Origin: Spirochaetota bacterium
GTDB lineage: Bacteria; Spirochaetota; UBA6919; CBDBPB01
Assembly: GCA_965208615.1 (NCBI GenBank)
Contig: CBDBPB010000004.1
Location: 64,001 to 128,000 of the forward strand
Direction of reading: 5' to 3'
DNA length: 64,000 bases
This document shows positions 50,846 to 61,464 of the stretch, piece by piece. Numbering within the stretch: the stretch's first letter is position 1; each line of letters starts with the position of its first letter. The position numbers and the translations under genes were made by a program. Under the pieces are notes generated by a model, which worked only from the letters and a program-made list of their open reading frames with translations, did not search any database and was not told the DNA's origin.

Positions 50846-50982
50846 GCATTTTAGGCTTGTCAAATTAATTATAATATATAACCTAAAAAAAACGTTTTTA
50901 ATAACATATTTAAGAATAATATTATTAGTTTTATTAACATCCATTATTATATTCATAGTAACACATTTTAAAATGTATCAAA

Positions 50983-51756
50983 ATGAAACTATATATAACT
51001 ATATTAATCCTATTCCTAAGCCTTAATAATTACGCAAAACAAAATGAAAAAAAACTACTTTATTTCGATGATAAAATCGGCGATGTATACAAAATTAATA
51101 GACTCTCAAATAAAAAAATATTTCTAAATAATAAACATATTAAAACATTAAATTATAAATATATAGGTAAAAAAGTAGTCGGAAATAATAAAAAAAGTAA
51201 AATAATAACCGAACTTAATAACCTATATAAAAACAATAAACTTATTATGAAACAATATAGCAAGTTTATTAGAGAAAAAAACGGCAGTATTAAAGTTAAA
51301 AATAATTATATTTATCCCCTGATCAGAGGTGTACCACAATTCCCTGACTTTAAGGTATCCATTGGAGACTCCTGGCAGGCTAAAGGCTTTTCTGTACTAA
51401 ATGTTACTAAACTAGGCTTTAGAAAACCTATACTCTCCCCTATAGATGTTAGGTATAAGTATGAAACCATAAAAAAAATAAATGGTGTAGAGTGTGCTGT
51501 AATATCAGCCTACTTCATAGATAACCTAGATAATAAAATCCCTGCTGGACCTATGTACAAAAAACTATGGGTTAGTAAAAGTGGATTACTCCCAGTAAGG
51601 TGGATAGGCTTCTCTAATGGACTATATTACTACTCTCTAAAAGATAACTATATTATACGCTTTAAACTTAACTATATCCATATATTTATACTCGAAAACG
51701 GCCTTATACAAGAAATTACCGGCTCTGACTACGCAAATATAATAAGAAAACGCTAA
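50983..51756 (+). CDS. Exported protein resembling the N-terminal domain of spirochaetal OmpA-family proteins
   Basis: Signal peptide; YPLIRGVPQFP...IGDSWQAKG motif; no OmpA C-terminal domain seen. Confidence 0.5.
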   Translation: MKLYITILILFLSLNNYAKQNEKKLLYFDDKIGDVYKINRLSNKKIFLNNKHIKTLNYKYIGKKVVGNNKKSKIITELNNLYKNNKLIMKQYSKFIREKNGSIKVKNNYIYPLIRGVPQFPDFKVSIGDSWQAKGFSVLNVTKLGFRKPILSPIDVRYKYETIKKINGVECAVISAYFIDNLDNKIPAGPMYKKLWVSKSGLLPVRWIGFSNGLYYYSLKDNYIIRFKLNYIHIFILENGLIQEITGSDYANIIRKR

Positions 51757-51787
51757 CTCAAAACATAAATAATATCGGAGATAATTA

Positions 51788-52960
51788 ATGAGAGTCTACC
51801 TCGACAATAATGCAACTACTCCTATACATCCTAAGATTATCAATACTATAAAAGAAAACCTTTCTCACTACGGTAACCCGTCCAGCCTGCACGAAATAGG
51901 TAAACAAACTAAATTATTAATCAATAATGCTAGAACCTATGTCGCATCACTATTGGGTGCATCCAATAAAGAAATTATATTCACCTCAGGGGCCACTGAA
52001 GCAAATAACACCGTAATAAAAGGTATAATAAATAACAAAGAAAATCACATAATAACTTCTAAGATAGATCATCCTTCTGTTATTAATCCATGCAAACATC
52101 TGGAGTCTATGGGCTATAACGTTAGCTATATCTCTGTGGATAAATACGGTATTATAAATTTATCAGAACTAGAAAATGCCATCTCTAACAAAACAAGGCT
52201 AATATCTGTTATCATGGCTAATAACGAAATAGGGACTATACAACCAATAAAAGAAATAAGTAGTTTAGCTAAAAAGCATAATATCCTATTCCACACCGAT
52301 GCTGTACAAGCTATTGGCAAGGTTAACGTTAACGTGGATGAACTGGAAATTGACCTCTTAACCCTATCTGCACATAAATGCGGCGGTCCAAAAGGCGTTG
52401 GAGCTCTTTATATAAAAAAAGGTATAAAAATTAATCCCCTATTATACGGCGGCGATCACGAAAAAGGCCAAAGATCTGGTACAGAAAATACCCTAGGTAT
52501 AATTGCTTTTGGTGAGCTTTGTAAAATATTAAAAAATAATATCTCCAACAATGCCAATCAAATGCTTAAACTTAGAAATAAACTGGAAAAAGCTATTCTT
52601 AATAACATCCCCGATGTTGTTTTAAACGGTCATCCAACTAACAGACTCCCAAATACCTTGAATATTAGTTTTAGCTTCTTAGAGGGTGAGGCTATTCTAC
52701 TAGCTTTGGATATGATTGGTGTAGCAGTATCCACCAGTTCTGCGTGTAGTAGTACACATCCTGAACCTTCCTATGTCATAATGGCACTAAACAAAGGCTT
52801 TGAAGTAGCACATAGCTCTATTCGCTTTAGCATAGGCACTCAAAATACTGATAAAGAAATAAACTATGTTATTAGTAGGTTCCCAAACTTAATTAAAAAC
52901 TTAAGGAAAGTTTCTCCGCTAAAACTAGATAATCCCTTCCTAAAAAATAATATATCATAA
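51788..52960 (+). CDS. iscS: Cysteine desulfurase
   Basis: YLDNNATT, FTSGATEANN, SAHKCGGPKG, RSGTEN and SSACSS motifs. Confidence 0.9.
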   Translation: MRVYLDNNATTPIHPKIINTIKENLSHYGNPSSLHEIGKQTKLLINNARTYVASLLGASNKEIIFTSGATEANNTVIKGIINNKENHIITSKIDHPSVINPCKHLESMGYNVSYISVDKYGIINLSELENAISNKTRLISVIMANNEIGTIQPIKEISSLAKKHNILFHTDAVQAIGKVNVNVDELEIDLLTLSAHKCGGPKGVGALYIKKGIKINPLLYGGDHEKGQRSGTENTLGIIAFGELCKILKNNISNNANQMLKLRNKLEKAILNNIPDVVLNGHPTNRLPNTLNISFSFLEGEAILLALDMIGVAVSTSSACSSTHPEPSYVIMALNKGFEVAHSSIRFSIGTQNTDKEINYVISRFPNLIKNLRKVSPLKLDNPFLKNNIS

Positions 52961-52979
52961 GGTAATAAGGTTTTAAGCT

Positions 52980-53180
52980 CTATTTAATTTTATATTTTTG
53001 TTTAAACTTCTCTACTCTACCTGCAGTATCCAATATTTTATGCTTTCCAGTATAAAATGGATGGCAACTCGAACAAGTCTCAACATGAATGTTTTTAGCA
53101 GTAGACCTCGTTTTGAATGAATGTCCACATGCACAAGTAACCGTTACTTCTCCATATTTTGGATGAATATTCTTTTTCAT
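52980..53180 (-). CDS. rpmE: 50S ribosomal protein L31 (Zn-binding type)
   Basis: [13 protein letters not shown] and [10 protein letters not shown] motifs. Confidence 0.96.
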   Translation of the reverse strand: MKKNIHPKYGEVTVTCACGHSFKTRSTAKNIHVETCSSCHPFYTGKHKILDTAGRVEKFKQKYKIK

Positions 53181-53192
53181 TATTAACTCCTT

Positions 53193-54584
53193 TTATCCGT
53201 TACTCATTGACTTTAAAAAAGCGTTATTTGTTTTAGTTTTACCTATCTTATCAAGTAATAACTCCATAACCTCCGAGTTAGTCATGTTATTAAATACCTG
53301 ACGTAATATCCACATCTTTTGAATCTCTTCTTCAGATAACAATAACTCCTCTTTTCTAGTTCCTGACTTTTTAATGTCTATAGCTGGGAATAGCCGTCTA
53401 TCAGCCATTTTTCTATCAAGGTGAATCTCCATATTACCAGTACCCTTAAACTCCTCAAATATAACCTCATCCATCCTACTACCAGTATCTATTAAAGCAG
53501 TAGCAATTATAGTAAGGCTCCCACCCTCTTCTATATTCCTGGCAGCACCAAAAAATCGCTTAGGCTTTTGAAGGGCATTAGCATCCACTCCTCCAGACAG
53601 CACTTTACCACTAGTAGGAACAACCTGATTATATGCCCGTGCCAACCTTGTTATACTATCTAATAATATAACAACATCTTTTTTATGCTCCACCAGTCGT
53701 TTTGCCTTATCTATTACCATTTCCGCCACTTGTACGTGTCTTTGTGCTGGCTCATCAAAAGTAGAACTAATAACCTCACCCTTAACAGTTCTCTGCATAT
53801 CAGTAACCTCTTCAGGCCTTTCATCTATTAATAGCACAATTAATAAAACCTCAGGATGATTAGTAGTAATCGCATTGGCAAACTCCTGTAGTAAAACAGT
53901 CTTACCAGTCCTTGGAGGAGCAACTATTAAACCTCTTTGTCCTTTGCCTATTGGAGTTAGTAAGTTTACCACCCTAGTTGACAGCTTAGTTGGATCAAAC
54001 TCAATGTTCAGCCTTGACTCGGGGTATAACGGTGTTAAATTATCAAATAAGATTCGCTTATTTACGGTTTCAGGATCTTCAAAGTTAACCGCCTCTACCC
54101 TTAATAAAGCAAAAAATCGCTCATTCTCTTTTGGAGGCCTAACCTGACCAGCAACTGTATCTCCAGTTCTAAGCCCAAATAACCTTATCTGAGAAGGAGA
54201 TATATAAATATCATCAGGACCTGGTAAATAATTATATACAGGCTGTCTCAAAAAGCCATATCCCTCTTGTAATACCTCTAATACTCCATTAGCAAAAAGT
54301 AGTCCATCTTTTCTGGTTTGAGTCTCTAATATAGCATAAATAAGATCTTGCTTAGTTTTACTGCTACTACCCTGTATACCAATTGATCTTGCAATCTCAG
54401 TTAATTCAGATATATGCTTTTTACCAAGCTCTGATATATCCAGCCTATCCAAAGAAGATGGACCTGGCCTATCAGAAGGTTTTGAACGAGCTTTAACAGC
54501 TTTGTTAGACGACTTTGACGCATTAAAACCATCACCTTTATGACTATGACCAGTTTTTATATCTTTTTTAGTAGTTTCAGACAT
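53193..54584 (-). CDS. rho: Transcription termination factor Rho
   Basis: [33 protein letters not shown] and FKGTGNME motifs. Confidence 0.97.
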   Translation of the reverse strand: MSETTKKDIKTGHSHKGDGFNASKSSNKAVKARSKPSDRPGPSSLDRLDISELGKKHISELTEIARSIGIQGSSSKTKQDLIYAILETQTRKDGLLFANGVLEVLQEGYGFLRQPVYNYLPGPDDIYISPSQIRLFGLRTGDTVAGQVRPPKENERFFALLRVEAVNFEDPETVNKRILFDNLTPLYPESRLNIEFDPTKLSTRVVNLLTPIGKGQRGLIVAPPRTGKTVLLQEFANAITTNHPEVLLIVLLIDERPEEVTDMQRTVKGEVISSTFDEPAQRHVQVAEMVIDKAKRLVEHKKDVVILLDSITRLARAYNQVVPTSGKVLSGGVDANALQKPKRFFGAARNIEEGGSLTIIATALIDTGSRMDEVIFEEFKGTGNMEIHLDRKMADRRLFPAIDIKKSGTRKEELLLSEEEIQKMWILRQVFNNMTNSEVMELLLDKIGKTKTNNAFLKSMSNG

Positions 54585-54998
54585 GATCTCTCCAAGTTAA
54601 TTTAGTGATTTAGAAATGAATAAACATTAAAAAAATAAGTTGTGTATATAATAAGCTTAAACCGAGTTAAATGAATTAGTTCGTTTGCCTTTAAGGACAG
54701 AATAATAATATGACTGATATAATTAATTAACACTCAAAATCATTAATACTATATTTTATTTTTATCATCTTATTTTTATATAACTACATATTATCTGTTA
54801 GATGGTCATTTTTTATTTACAAATAAGATTTATTTTAAGTTTTTTTATAAGCATTACCCGGTATGACTAATATAAAGAAGTAATTCTTTTTAAGTATAGA
54901 CCGCAGTAGGTTAGATATAATGCATAGATTTTTATATACATAACTATAACTTACTTTTTACAGCTATATTATAAATAATCTTATCTAGTCGTAGTAGA

Positions 54999-56015
54999 TT
55001 AATTATAATTCTTTTTTTCAATAACGGCAAATAATTCTTTAAAAATTCTTTTATAAATATTTAATTTATCTATAAGTTCATATTCAAAAAGGTCTCCAAC
55101 TAGAACTATATCGTTGTTCTTAATGGCATCAGAAAGTTCACTTAAAAGATTATAAAATTCTTCATTAACTTTGTCAACAGTTTTATCATCAATCTTAATA
55201 TTATCATAATTAACGTTAAATAATTCCTTTAATTTTCTTAGGTGATAGTTTATACTTTCCATTAGCCCAAGAACATTTTTAATTTCTACATAAGCCTCAA
55301 CCTCTTTATCTGCCTGTAGATTAGTTCCTATGTTCTTTATAACAGGAAAAAACACATCAATTGTATCAGTTAAATCCTGCAAACAATTGCTAATATTTGT
55401 TAAATCGAAGTTCTCACATTTAGAAAGATGAAATACTCCCCTTTGTAATACCCTAGGTATAAGCTTTTCTAACTTTTCTATATTTGGAACAAGTTTAATA
55501 TTTATAATTTCACTAAATACCTTTGAATCATGCTTATATACCTCAAGATCCTTTAATATATTAGAATTGTTAGCAATAATATCAGAAAGAGGTGTTGCAT
55601 TAGAAAAAATAGTATTAGTATCTATTCCAATTATCCTACAGCTATTAGCAAAAATATCCTTTAGCCATGTTAGCCCTTCAAAAATATCATCTTTTTGTTT
55701 GTTATTATAGTTAGCATTACTTTTTGATACCATTAGCAAAAAACGAGTTATATAGTCTTTTGTATCCATTAATATATTTATAACATATTCTTCATTATTA
55801 GATGTTGTTATCTCAAGTTTTTCAGTATTAGATATAAGATAACTTTCTAGTTCTTTTCGTTCAGTTGAGTGGATAAGCTTTCCATCTATTTTCAACTCAT
55901 TAATAATCTTATTATGCTTACTAAGCCATCCCTCAATTGAGTCTATTATTTCTAACATATTTCTTTCTTTTTCTAAAGTAAAGTCCAACTTATCACCGTG
56001 AATTAATATTTCCAC
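54999..56015 (-). CDS. Conserved hypothetical protein downstream of fliD
   Basis: 338-aa helical ORF with GGAGG RBS and a C-terminal DIVLVGDLFEYEL motif. Confidence 0.65.
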   Translation of the reverse strand: MEILIHGDKLDFTLEKERNMLEIIDSIEGWLSKHNKIINELKIDGKLIHSTERKELESYLISNTEKLEITTSNNEEYVINILMDTKDYITRFLLMVSKSNANYNNKQKDDIFEGLTWLKDIFANSCRIIGIDTNTIFSNATPLSDIIANNSNILKDLEVYKHDSKVFSEIINIKLVPNIEKLEKLIPRVLQRGVFHLSKCENFDLTNISNCLQDLTDTIDVFFPVIKNIGTNLQADKEVEAYVEIKNVLGLMESINYHLRKLKELFNVNYDNIKIDDKTVDKVNEEFYNLLSELSDAIKNNDIVLVGDLFEYELIDKLNIYKRIFKELFAVIEKKNYN

Positions 56016-56049
56016 TTAGCCTCCAACACCTATAGCTATATAAATACAC

Positions 56050-58242
56050 TTATCGATTATTGCTGTTACCAAAATTAAGACGTTTTAACCTTTCTTCTCC
56101 ATCGATTCTTGCATTTTCAGCTTTTTCTAGCTGTGCCTTTAATCTAATAATTTTATCCATATTTCTTTTTTTAATTACTTCAAACTTCCTTTTTAATTGT
56201 TTAATCCTATTTTCAACAGCTTTAATCTTAATTTCAATAATACCTATTCTTAGTGATCCATCCTTAGCCCTAACACTTTTTTTTGCATAGTGGTTAATAA
56301 GGGTAACCATATTAACAGCAATTCCATTATTTTTAATTAGACTTCCTACTTTTGCATGGGCAAATAGAGCCTTTATATTATCAAAGTTAGTTTTTAGTTT
56401 ATGTTTTATAATTTTTTTATCTAGATAAATATATCCCGCTTTTAAGTTTTCACTATCCTCTCTACCCCCTTCTCTATCAGGATTCTTAAATCCAATCTGA
56501 AATATGAATTTAATATTCTTTTGTTCATATCTTTTATAAGGAGTGGATGTGATTTCCCTTCGTAGTTTAATCCTAAGGTTCTTAGCAGAAAAGTCATTAT
56601 TCATAGTACCAATAAAAGTCTTACCGGATAACTCATTAAACTGTTTTTCTTCATAGCTCATTCTATCAATTTTTTCTTCTTCTTTTTCAAACTCTATAAG
56701 AGTCTGTCTTAGCTTATAAAAGGTAGTATTTTTTAAGTATAGCATTACGTTATTATACTCATCAACAAACTTTTGTAGCTGTTCAACTATTTTATCATAA
56801 TCCCATGTAATTTTTAACTCTTCCTCAACCCTAGACGGACTCTTTAAACTTATTGTTATACCCCTAATTAGATCATCTATATTATTTTTATCTCTGGTAA
56901 CCTCAACTCCATTATAAAGTAACCTTGCGTCCTGAGCTTCGCTTATATAATTATAACCCTTTTTACTCTTACTAGGATTATATATTTTTATTTGTTTAAA
57001 ATATATATTTTGATCACTAAGGGTATTTACAATAGCAAATTTATTAAACTTTTTTATGCTTGTATTATCTAGTCTAGTTTTAATAGTAGTCCATTTTTTT
57101 ACTTTTGGTATATCCTTTTTTATAAACTCTTTGTTATTGTCATTTAATACAGCCATATACTGTATAGGTATTTCTTCTTTTTGATCCTGCTTATCAGTAG
57201 TTTTTTCTGTCTTTTTTTTATCTTTTATTTTTTTTATTTCCCCGATTAAAGGTTCACCATATAGCTTTATTCGCCCTACTTTAACCTCTTCTATACTACC
57301 AATTTTATGTTTAAGCTTTTCCTTAGTGTCTTTCTTTTTATCTTTTTTGTCATACACTCTTTTTTTTATTTCTTTCTTATCAACCTTATCAATTTTAGTA
57401 TTAACCTCCAAATAGCTGTTTCTAGTTATCCTAATAGGCCTTGGACTAGTTAATATTATATGAGAATTGGGATATACTATTAAAATATTTTTATCTATGG
57501 CATAATTTCCTTTTAACACATCCCTATAAAGACCATTAAATTTATATATACGATCTTTTTGTTTTTTTATTTTTCTGTCTATAAAACCGAGCTTTTTAAA
57601 GAACTTTTGATTTCCAATTAGTTCAATTCTATTTTTACTTCCCTTTTTCATACCGCTAATAACAAGCATTTCATTATCTTGATCAACTTTTGTAGTTCTA
57701 GCTTTTGCAACCTTATTTTTTGGCTTATTAAAGGCATCAGCAAGGTCTAGAAGAGTACCACCCTTAGTAAAATCAACTTTAAAAGTTTTATCACCAGACT
57801 TTATAACAAAGCTAATACCCTTAAATTTCTTAGTTGGACTAAATGGTTTAGAAGCTATTTTATCAGCTCTAGCCAGCTGTATAACTTTAATACTATGATT
57901 ACCCTCTTTACTTCCCTGAGTAGATGTAGCAGTAAAGCTTTCTGAATTTGTTGATTCAGTTTTGGTTGTATTGAACGCAGATACAGTAGGATCGTAGAGA
58001 TTTTTAGATGCCTCTCTAAGCAATATAAGTCTATTTTTTAGTCCTTTCCAGCTTTTTTTTTCTTTTTCTGATAGTTTACTGTTCAGGACAATTGGGTCTT
58101 CATATCGACTTTTTAAAACATTTCTATATTTGTCTATTTGTTTATCTATATCAATCTCTTTTACGGCGTATATTGAAAAGCTAAACAAAAGGATCAATGA
58201 GGGTATAAATACTATTAATTTATTTTTAGATATTAATTTCAT
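56050..58242 (-). CDS. fliD: Flagellar filament cap protein FliD-like, with an N-terminal signal-peptide-like segment
   Basis: FliD_N (FTATS...IKVIQLARAD) and FliD_C (AQDARLLYNGVEVTRDKNNIDDLIRGITISL, FVDEYN) regions, plus a central insert. Confidence 0.8.
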   Translation of the reverse strand: MKLISKNKLIVFIPSLILLFSFSIYAVKEIDIDKQIDKYRNVLKSRYEDPIVLNSKLSEKEKKSWKGLKNRLILLREASKNLYDPTVSAFNTTKTESTNSESFTATSTQGSKEGNHSIKVIQLARADKIASKPFSPTKKFKGISFVIKSGDKTFKVDFTKGGTLLDLADAFNKPKNKVAKARTTKVDQDNEMLVISGMKKGSKNRIELIGNQKFFKKLGFIDRKIKKQKDRIYKFNGLYRDVLKGNYAIDKNILIVYPNSHIILTSPRPIRITRNSYLEVNTKIDKVDKKEIKKRVYDKKDKKKDTKEKLKHKIGSIEEVKVGRIKLYGEPLIGEIKKIKDKKKTEKTTDKQDQKEEIPIQYMAVLNDNNKEFIKKDIPKVKKWTTIKTRLDNTSIKKFNKFAIVNTLSDQNIYFKQIKIYNPSKSKKGYNYISEAQDARLLYNGVEVTRDKNNIDDLIRGITISLKSPSRVEEELKITWDYDKIVEQLQKFVDEYNNVMLYLKNTTFYKLRQTLIEFEKEEEKIDRMSYEEKQFNELSGKTFIGTMNNDFSAKNLRIKLRREITSTPYKRYEQKNIKFIFQIGFKNPDREGGREDSENLKAGYIYLDKKIIKHKLKTNFDNIKALFAHAKVGSLIKNNGIAVNMVTLINHYAKKSVRAKDGSLRIGIIEIKIKAVENRIKQLKRKFEVIKKRNMDKIIRLKAQLEKAENARIDGEERLKRLNFGNSNNR

Positions 58243-58470
58243 TTTAAACAATATTTTTTATAAAAAGAATTTCTTTATTAGTTATCGATTAATAATATCG
58301 ACAAATTATCATATAGTAATAATGTTTAAAATTAAAAGTCTTCAATTATCCGTTATTAACCCTTATAACAAAGGCTATTACAAAATAATAAGCTTTATTA
58401 AATAGTTAAATTATCCTAAAGTTTTTTTATAAGGTCAGCTAACACTATAATAAATATTATGAATCCGCTT

Positions 58471-58986
58471 TTATAGACTAAAATTATTAAGCCAATTAAA
58501 ATATTGTCTTTCAAAGTCCGAGATAGAGTCAATAGTATATATATTTTTTTTATGCTTATTATCGATTTTTTGCATACGTCCAACGTGATGGCTCCATCCG
58601 TTAACACAAGTATATGCAAAAATTGTTTTCTTAAACTGCCACGCATATGCTATCTCAGAAAGAGTACCAGCTCCCCCACCAATAGCGATAATAAGATCAC
58701 CGGCTAATACATTAACAAGATTACGAGCATAACCTATACCAGTAGGGATTACCACATCATTAAATTCATGAGTATCATCAAAATCATGGTTAGGTAAAAT
58801 GGATATAACAAAACCACCCGACTCTTTTGCCCCCCTACTAACATGCTTCATAACGCCATACTTACCACCAGTAATTAAGACAACACCACTTTCACCAATG
58901 ATCTTGCCAGTTTTATAAGCTATTTCTTTTTCAAGTTTTTCTGCTAAGTTGTTTCCAATTACAACAACTTGTTTTTTTCGTTCCAT
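58471..58986 (-). CDS. TIGR00725 / LOG-family protein
   Basis: ITGGKYGVM, PTGIGYARN and GGGAGTLSEI motifs. Confidence 0.85.
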   Translation of the reverse strand: MERKKQVVVIGNNLAEKLEKEIAYKTGKIIGESGVVLITGGKYGVMKHVSRGAKESGGFVISILPNHDFDDTHEFNDVVIPTGIGYARNLVNVLAGDLIIAIGGGAGTLSEIAYAWQFKKTIFAYTCVNGWSHHVGRMQKIDNKHKKNIYTIDSISDFERQYFNWLNNFSL

Positions 58987-59305
58987 AAGTTTTCCTTATC
59001 TAATATGTTACAAACCCAAATAAATATGAGTAGCAAATATATAATGTTAACAAATGAAATGGCTAATATCTTAGATTTATATTAATAATTGGAAAATATT
59101 ATATAAATTTCTAAAAAATACTTTGTTGTATTAGCAATTTATTATTATTCTATTATCTTTTATCTTAAAAAGTAAAGAAAGAATTACATTAACAAAATGT
59201 ATTTAAAATTGTAAAGTTTTCTCTATATAAACTAATTGTACTCTATTCAATTTTAAAACATTATATTAACTCTTTAAGTAAATATAAGTTAGGGGGGTAT
59301 AAGCA

Positions 59306-59707
59306 GTGGAAATAAAAATCCAATTGTCAATATTTATGGAAAATAAACCAGGTAATCTGTCAAAGTTTTGTGGTATATTAGAAGATGGAAATATAGATAT
59401 TATAGGAATATCTGTTACTGATGCAGTAGATCATAGCGTTATAAGAGTAGTGGTTAGTGATTCTGAAAAATGTTCCCACTTGCTTGGTAATCATGGTATG
59501 GTGGTAATAGAAAGTGAGGTCATAGAGTTAAAATTAAAACATCATCCCGGAGAACTTAGAAAAATAGCACATATACTATCAAAAGAAAGCATTAATATAG
59601 ACTACATATATGGTAGCGGAGTAGGTAATAATGCTAATGCACTCCTATTTTTAAAGGTCTCTGAGCCTTTTGTTGCTAAAGACCTATTATTAAAGTTTAA
59701 ACTTTAA
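59306..59707 (+). CDS. Tandem ACT-domain protein
   Basis: QLSIFMENKPG...HPGEL...INIDYIY. Confidence 0.85.
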   Translation: MEIKIQLSIFMENKPGNLSKFCGILEDGNIDIIGISVTDAVDHSVIRVVVSDSEKCSHLLGNHGMVVIESEVIELKLKHHPGELRKIAHILSKESINIDYIYGSGVGNNANALLFLKVSEPFVAKDLLLKFKL

Positions 59708-59828
59708 CATCTTTAAACTTTAATAAATAATTAAGGAACTATTTTTAATATTTATACGTTATAAATACAACTTAATCTAGATTAGAAAAATAAAATTTTA
59801 TTTAATTAATAATTAGGGAGAAGATACT

Positions 59829-61097
59829 ATGGGATTTGAAAAAATAAAAATACCGTCTGATGGCCAAAAAATTACTATGGGAAATGATGGAGTATTAAAT
59901 GTCCCAGATAATCCTATTATCGCCTTTATTGAAGGTGACGGAACTGGACCTGATATTTGGAAAGCCTCACAAAAAGTATTTGATGCCGCCGTAAATAAGG
60001 CTTATGGAGGTAAAAAAAAGATTGCATGGATGGAGGTCTTTGCTGGTGGAAAATCATGGAATATGCACGGTAAAAGCGATGAAGGCTGGTTACCACAAGA
60101 AACCTTAGATGCAATAAATGAATATATAGTTGCTATTAAAGGTCCTATGACTACTCCAGTAGGAGGGGGAATAAGATCTATTAATGTAGCCCTAAGACAA
60201 AAACTCGATCTATATGTATGCCTTAGACCTGTTAAGTATTTTAATGGAGTACCATCTCCTGTTAAAAGACCAGAAGATGTAAATATGGTTATATTTAGGG
60301 AAAATACTGAAGATATTTATGCTGGTATTGAATTCGAAAATGATTCTGCAGGTGCCGCCAAAATGAAAGACCTACTAAAAGAACTAGGTGTGTTTTCTAA
60401 AGTAAGATTCCCTAAGACTGCCTCTTTTGGTGTTAAACCTATATCCATTGAGGGAACTGACCGTATAGCAAGAGCCGCTATTCGCTATGCCATTGATAAC
60501 GATAAAGATAGTGTTACCTTTGTTCACAAAGGCAATATTATGAAATTTACAGAAGGTTACTTTATGAAGTGGGGTTATGAGCTTGCCAAAAAAGAGTTTG
60601 GTGCTACTGAACTCGATGGTGGTCCATGGTGTACTATTAAAAATCCTAAAAATGGTAAAACTATTACTATTAAAGACGTTATAGCAGATGCCTTCTTACA
60701 GCAAATCCTAACTAGACCAGCAGAATATAGTGTTATTGCTACTATGAATCTAAACGGAGATTATATATCCGATGCTTTAGCCGCAGAAGTTGGTGGAATA
60801 GGTATTGCTCCTGGAGCTAATATTAATTATTATACTGGTCGTGCTATCTTTGAAGCTACCCATGGTACCGCTCCAAAATATGCAGGTCAAGATAAAGTTA
60901 ATCCATCATCAGTAATACTATCCGGCGAGATGATGTTCAAACACCTTGGGTGGGACGAAGTTGCGAGTCTTATTGTTAAAGGCATTGAAGGTGCTATATC
61001 CAAAAAGGTAGTTACCTATGACTTTGCCAGACTAATGGATGGAGCAAAGGAAGTTAAATGCTCAGAATTTGCTGATGCTATTATAGACAATATGTAA
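59829..61097 (+). CDS. icd: NADP-dependent isocitrate dehydrogenase
   Basis: [27 protein letters not shown] and [12 protein letters not shown] motifs. Confidence 0.97.
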   Translation: MGFEKIKIPSDGQKITMGNDGVLNVPDNPIIAFIEGDGTGPDIWKASQKVFDAAVNKAYGGKKKIAWMEVFAGGKSWNMHGKSDEGWLPQETLDAINEYIVAIKGPMTTPVGGGIRSINVALRQKLDLYVCLRPVKYFNGVPSPVKRPEDVNMVIFRENTEDIYAGIEFENDSAGAAKMKDLLKELGVFSKVRFPKTASFGVKPISIEGTDRIARAAIRYAIDNDKDSVTFVHKGNIMKFTEGYFMKWGYELAKKEFGATELDGGPWCTIKNPKNGKTITIKDVIADAFLQQILTRPAEYSVIATMNLNGDYISDALAAEVGGIGIAPGANINYYTGRAIFEATHGTAPKYAGQDKVNPSSVILSGEMMFKHLGWDEVASLIVKGIEGAISKKVVTYDFARLMDGAKEVKCSEFADAIIDNM

Positions 61098-61112
61098 TAT
61101 CACTTTTTTATA

Positions 61113-61437
61113 TAGCAGGTCAGGGAATCGCTAGTTAATCTAGAGGAAAGTCCGGGCTACATCAGGAAAAAGACCGGATAATACCCGGGGGGAGTGATCC
61201 TACGGAAAGTGCAACAGAAAATATACCGCCAGTAATTTGCTGGTAAGGGTGAAAAGGTGGGGTAAGAGCCCACCGCTTTTTTTGGTAACAAAAAAAGGCA
61301 CTGTAAACCCTCTTTGTAGCAAGGTCAAGAAGCAAGTAATCCTGATAATATTCTTGCAGGTAGGCCGCTAAATAGATTGAGTAATCAATCTAATAGATAA
61401 ATGATTCCTTAAACAGAACCCGGCTTATGACCTGCTA
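61113..61437 (+). ncRNA. rnpB: RNase P RNA
   Basis: GAGGAAAGTCCGGGC, GGAAAGTGCAACAGA, GGTAAGAGCCCACC and AACAGAACCCGGCTTA; terminal TAGCAGGTCA/TGACCTGCTA stem. Confidence 0.96.
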
Positions 61438-61464
61438 TTATTCCCTGTTTCAGAAAAGCATAAA

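Noticed and set aside
1534-60114. Numerous short antisense or overlapping ORFs in the track (e.g. 1534..1776, 15737..16081, 17395..17739, 41810..42097, 53875..54147)
   Set aside because: Shadow ORFs of well-supported genes, with no motifs or RBS.
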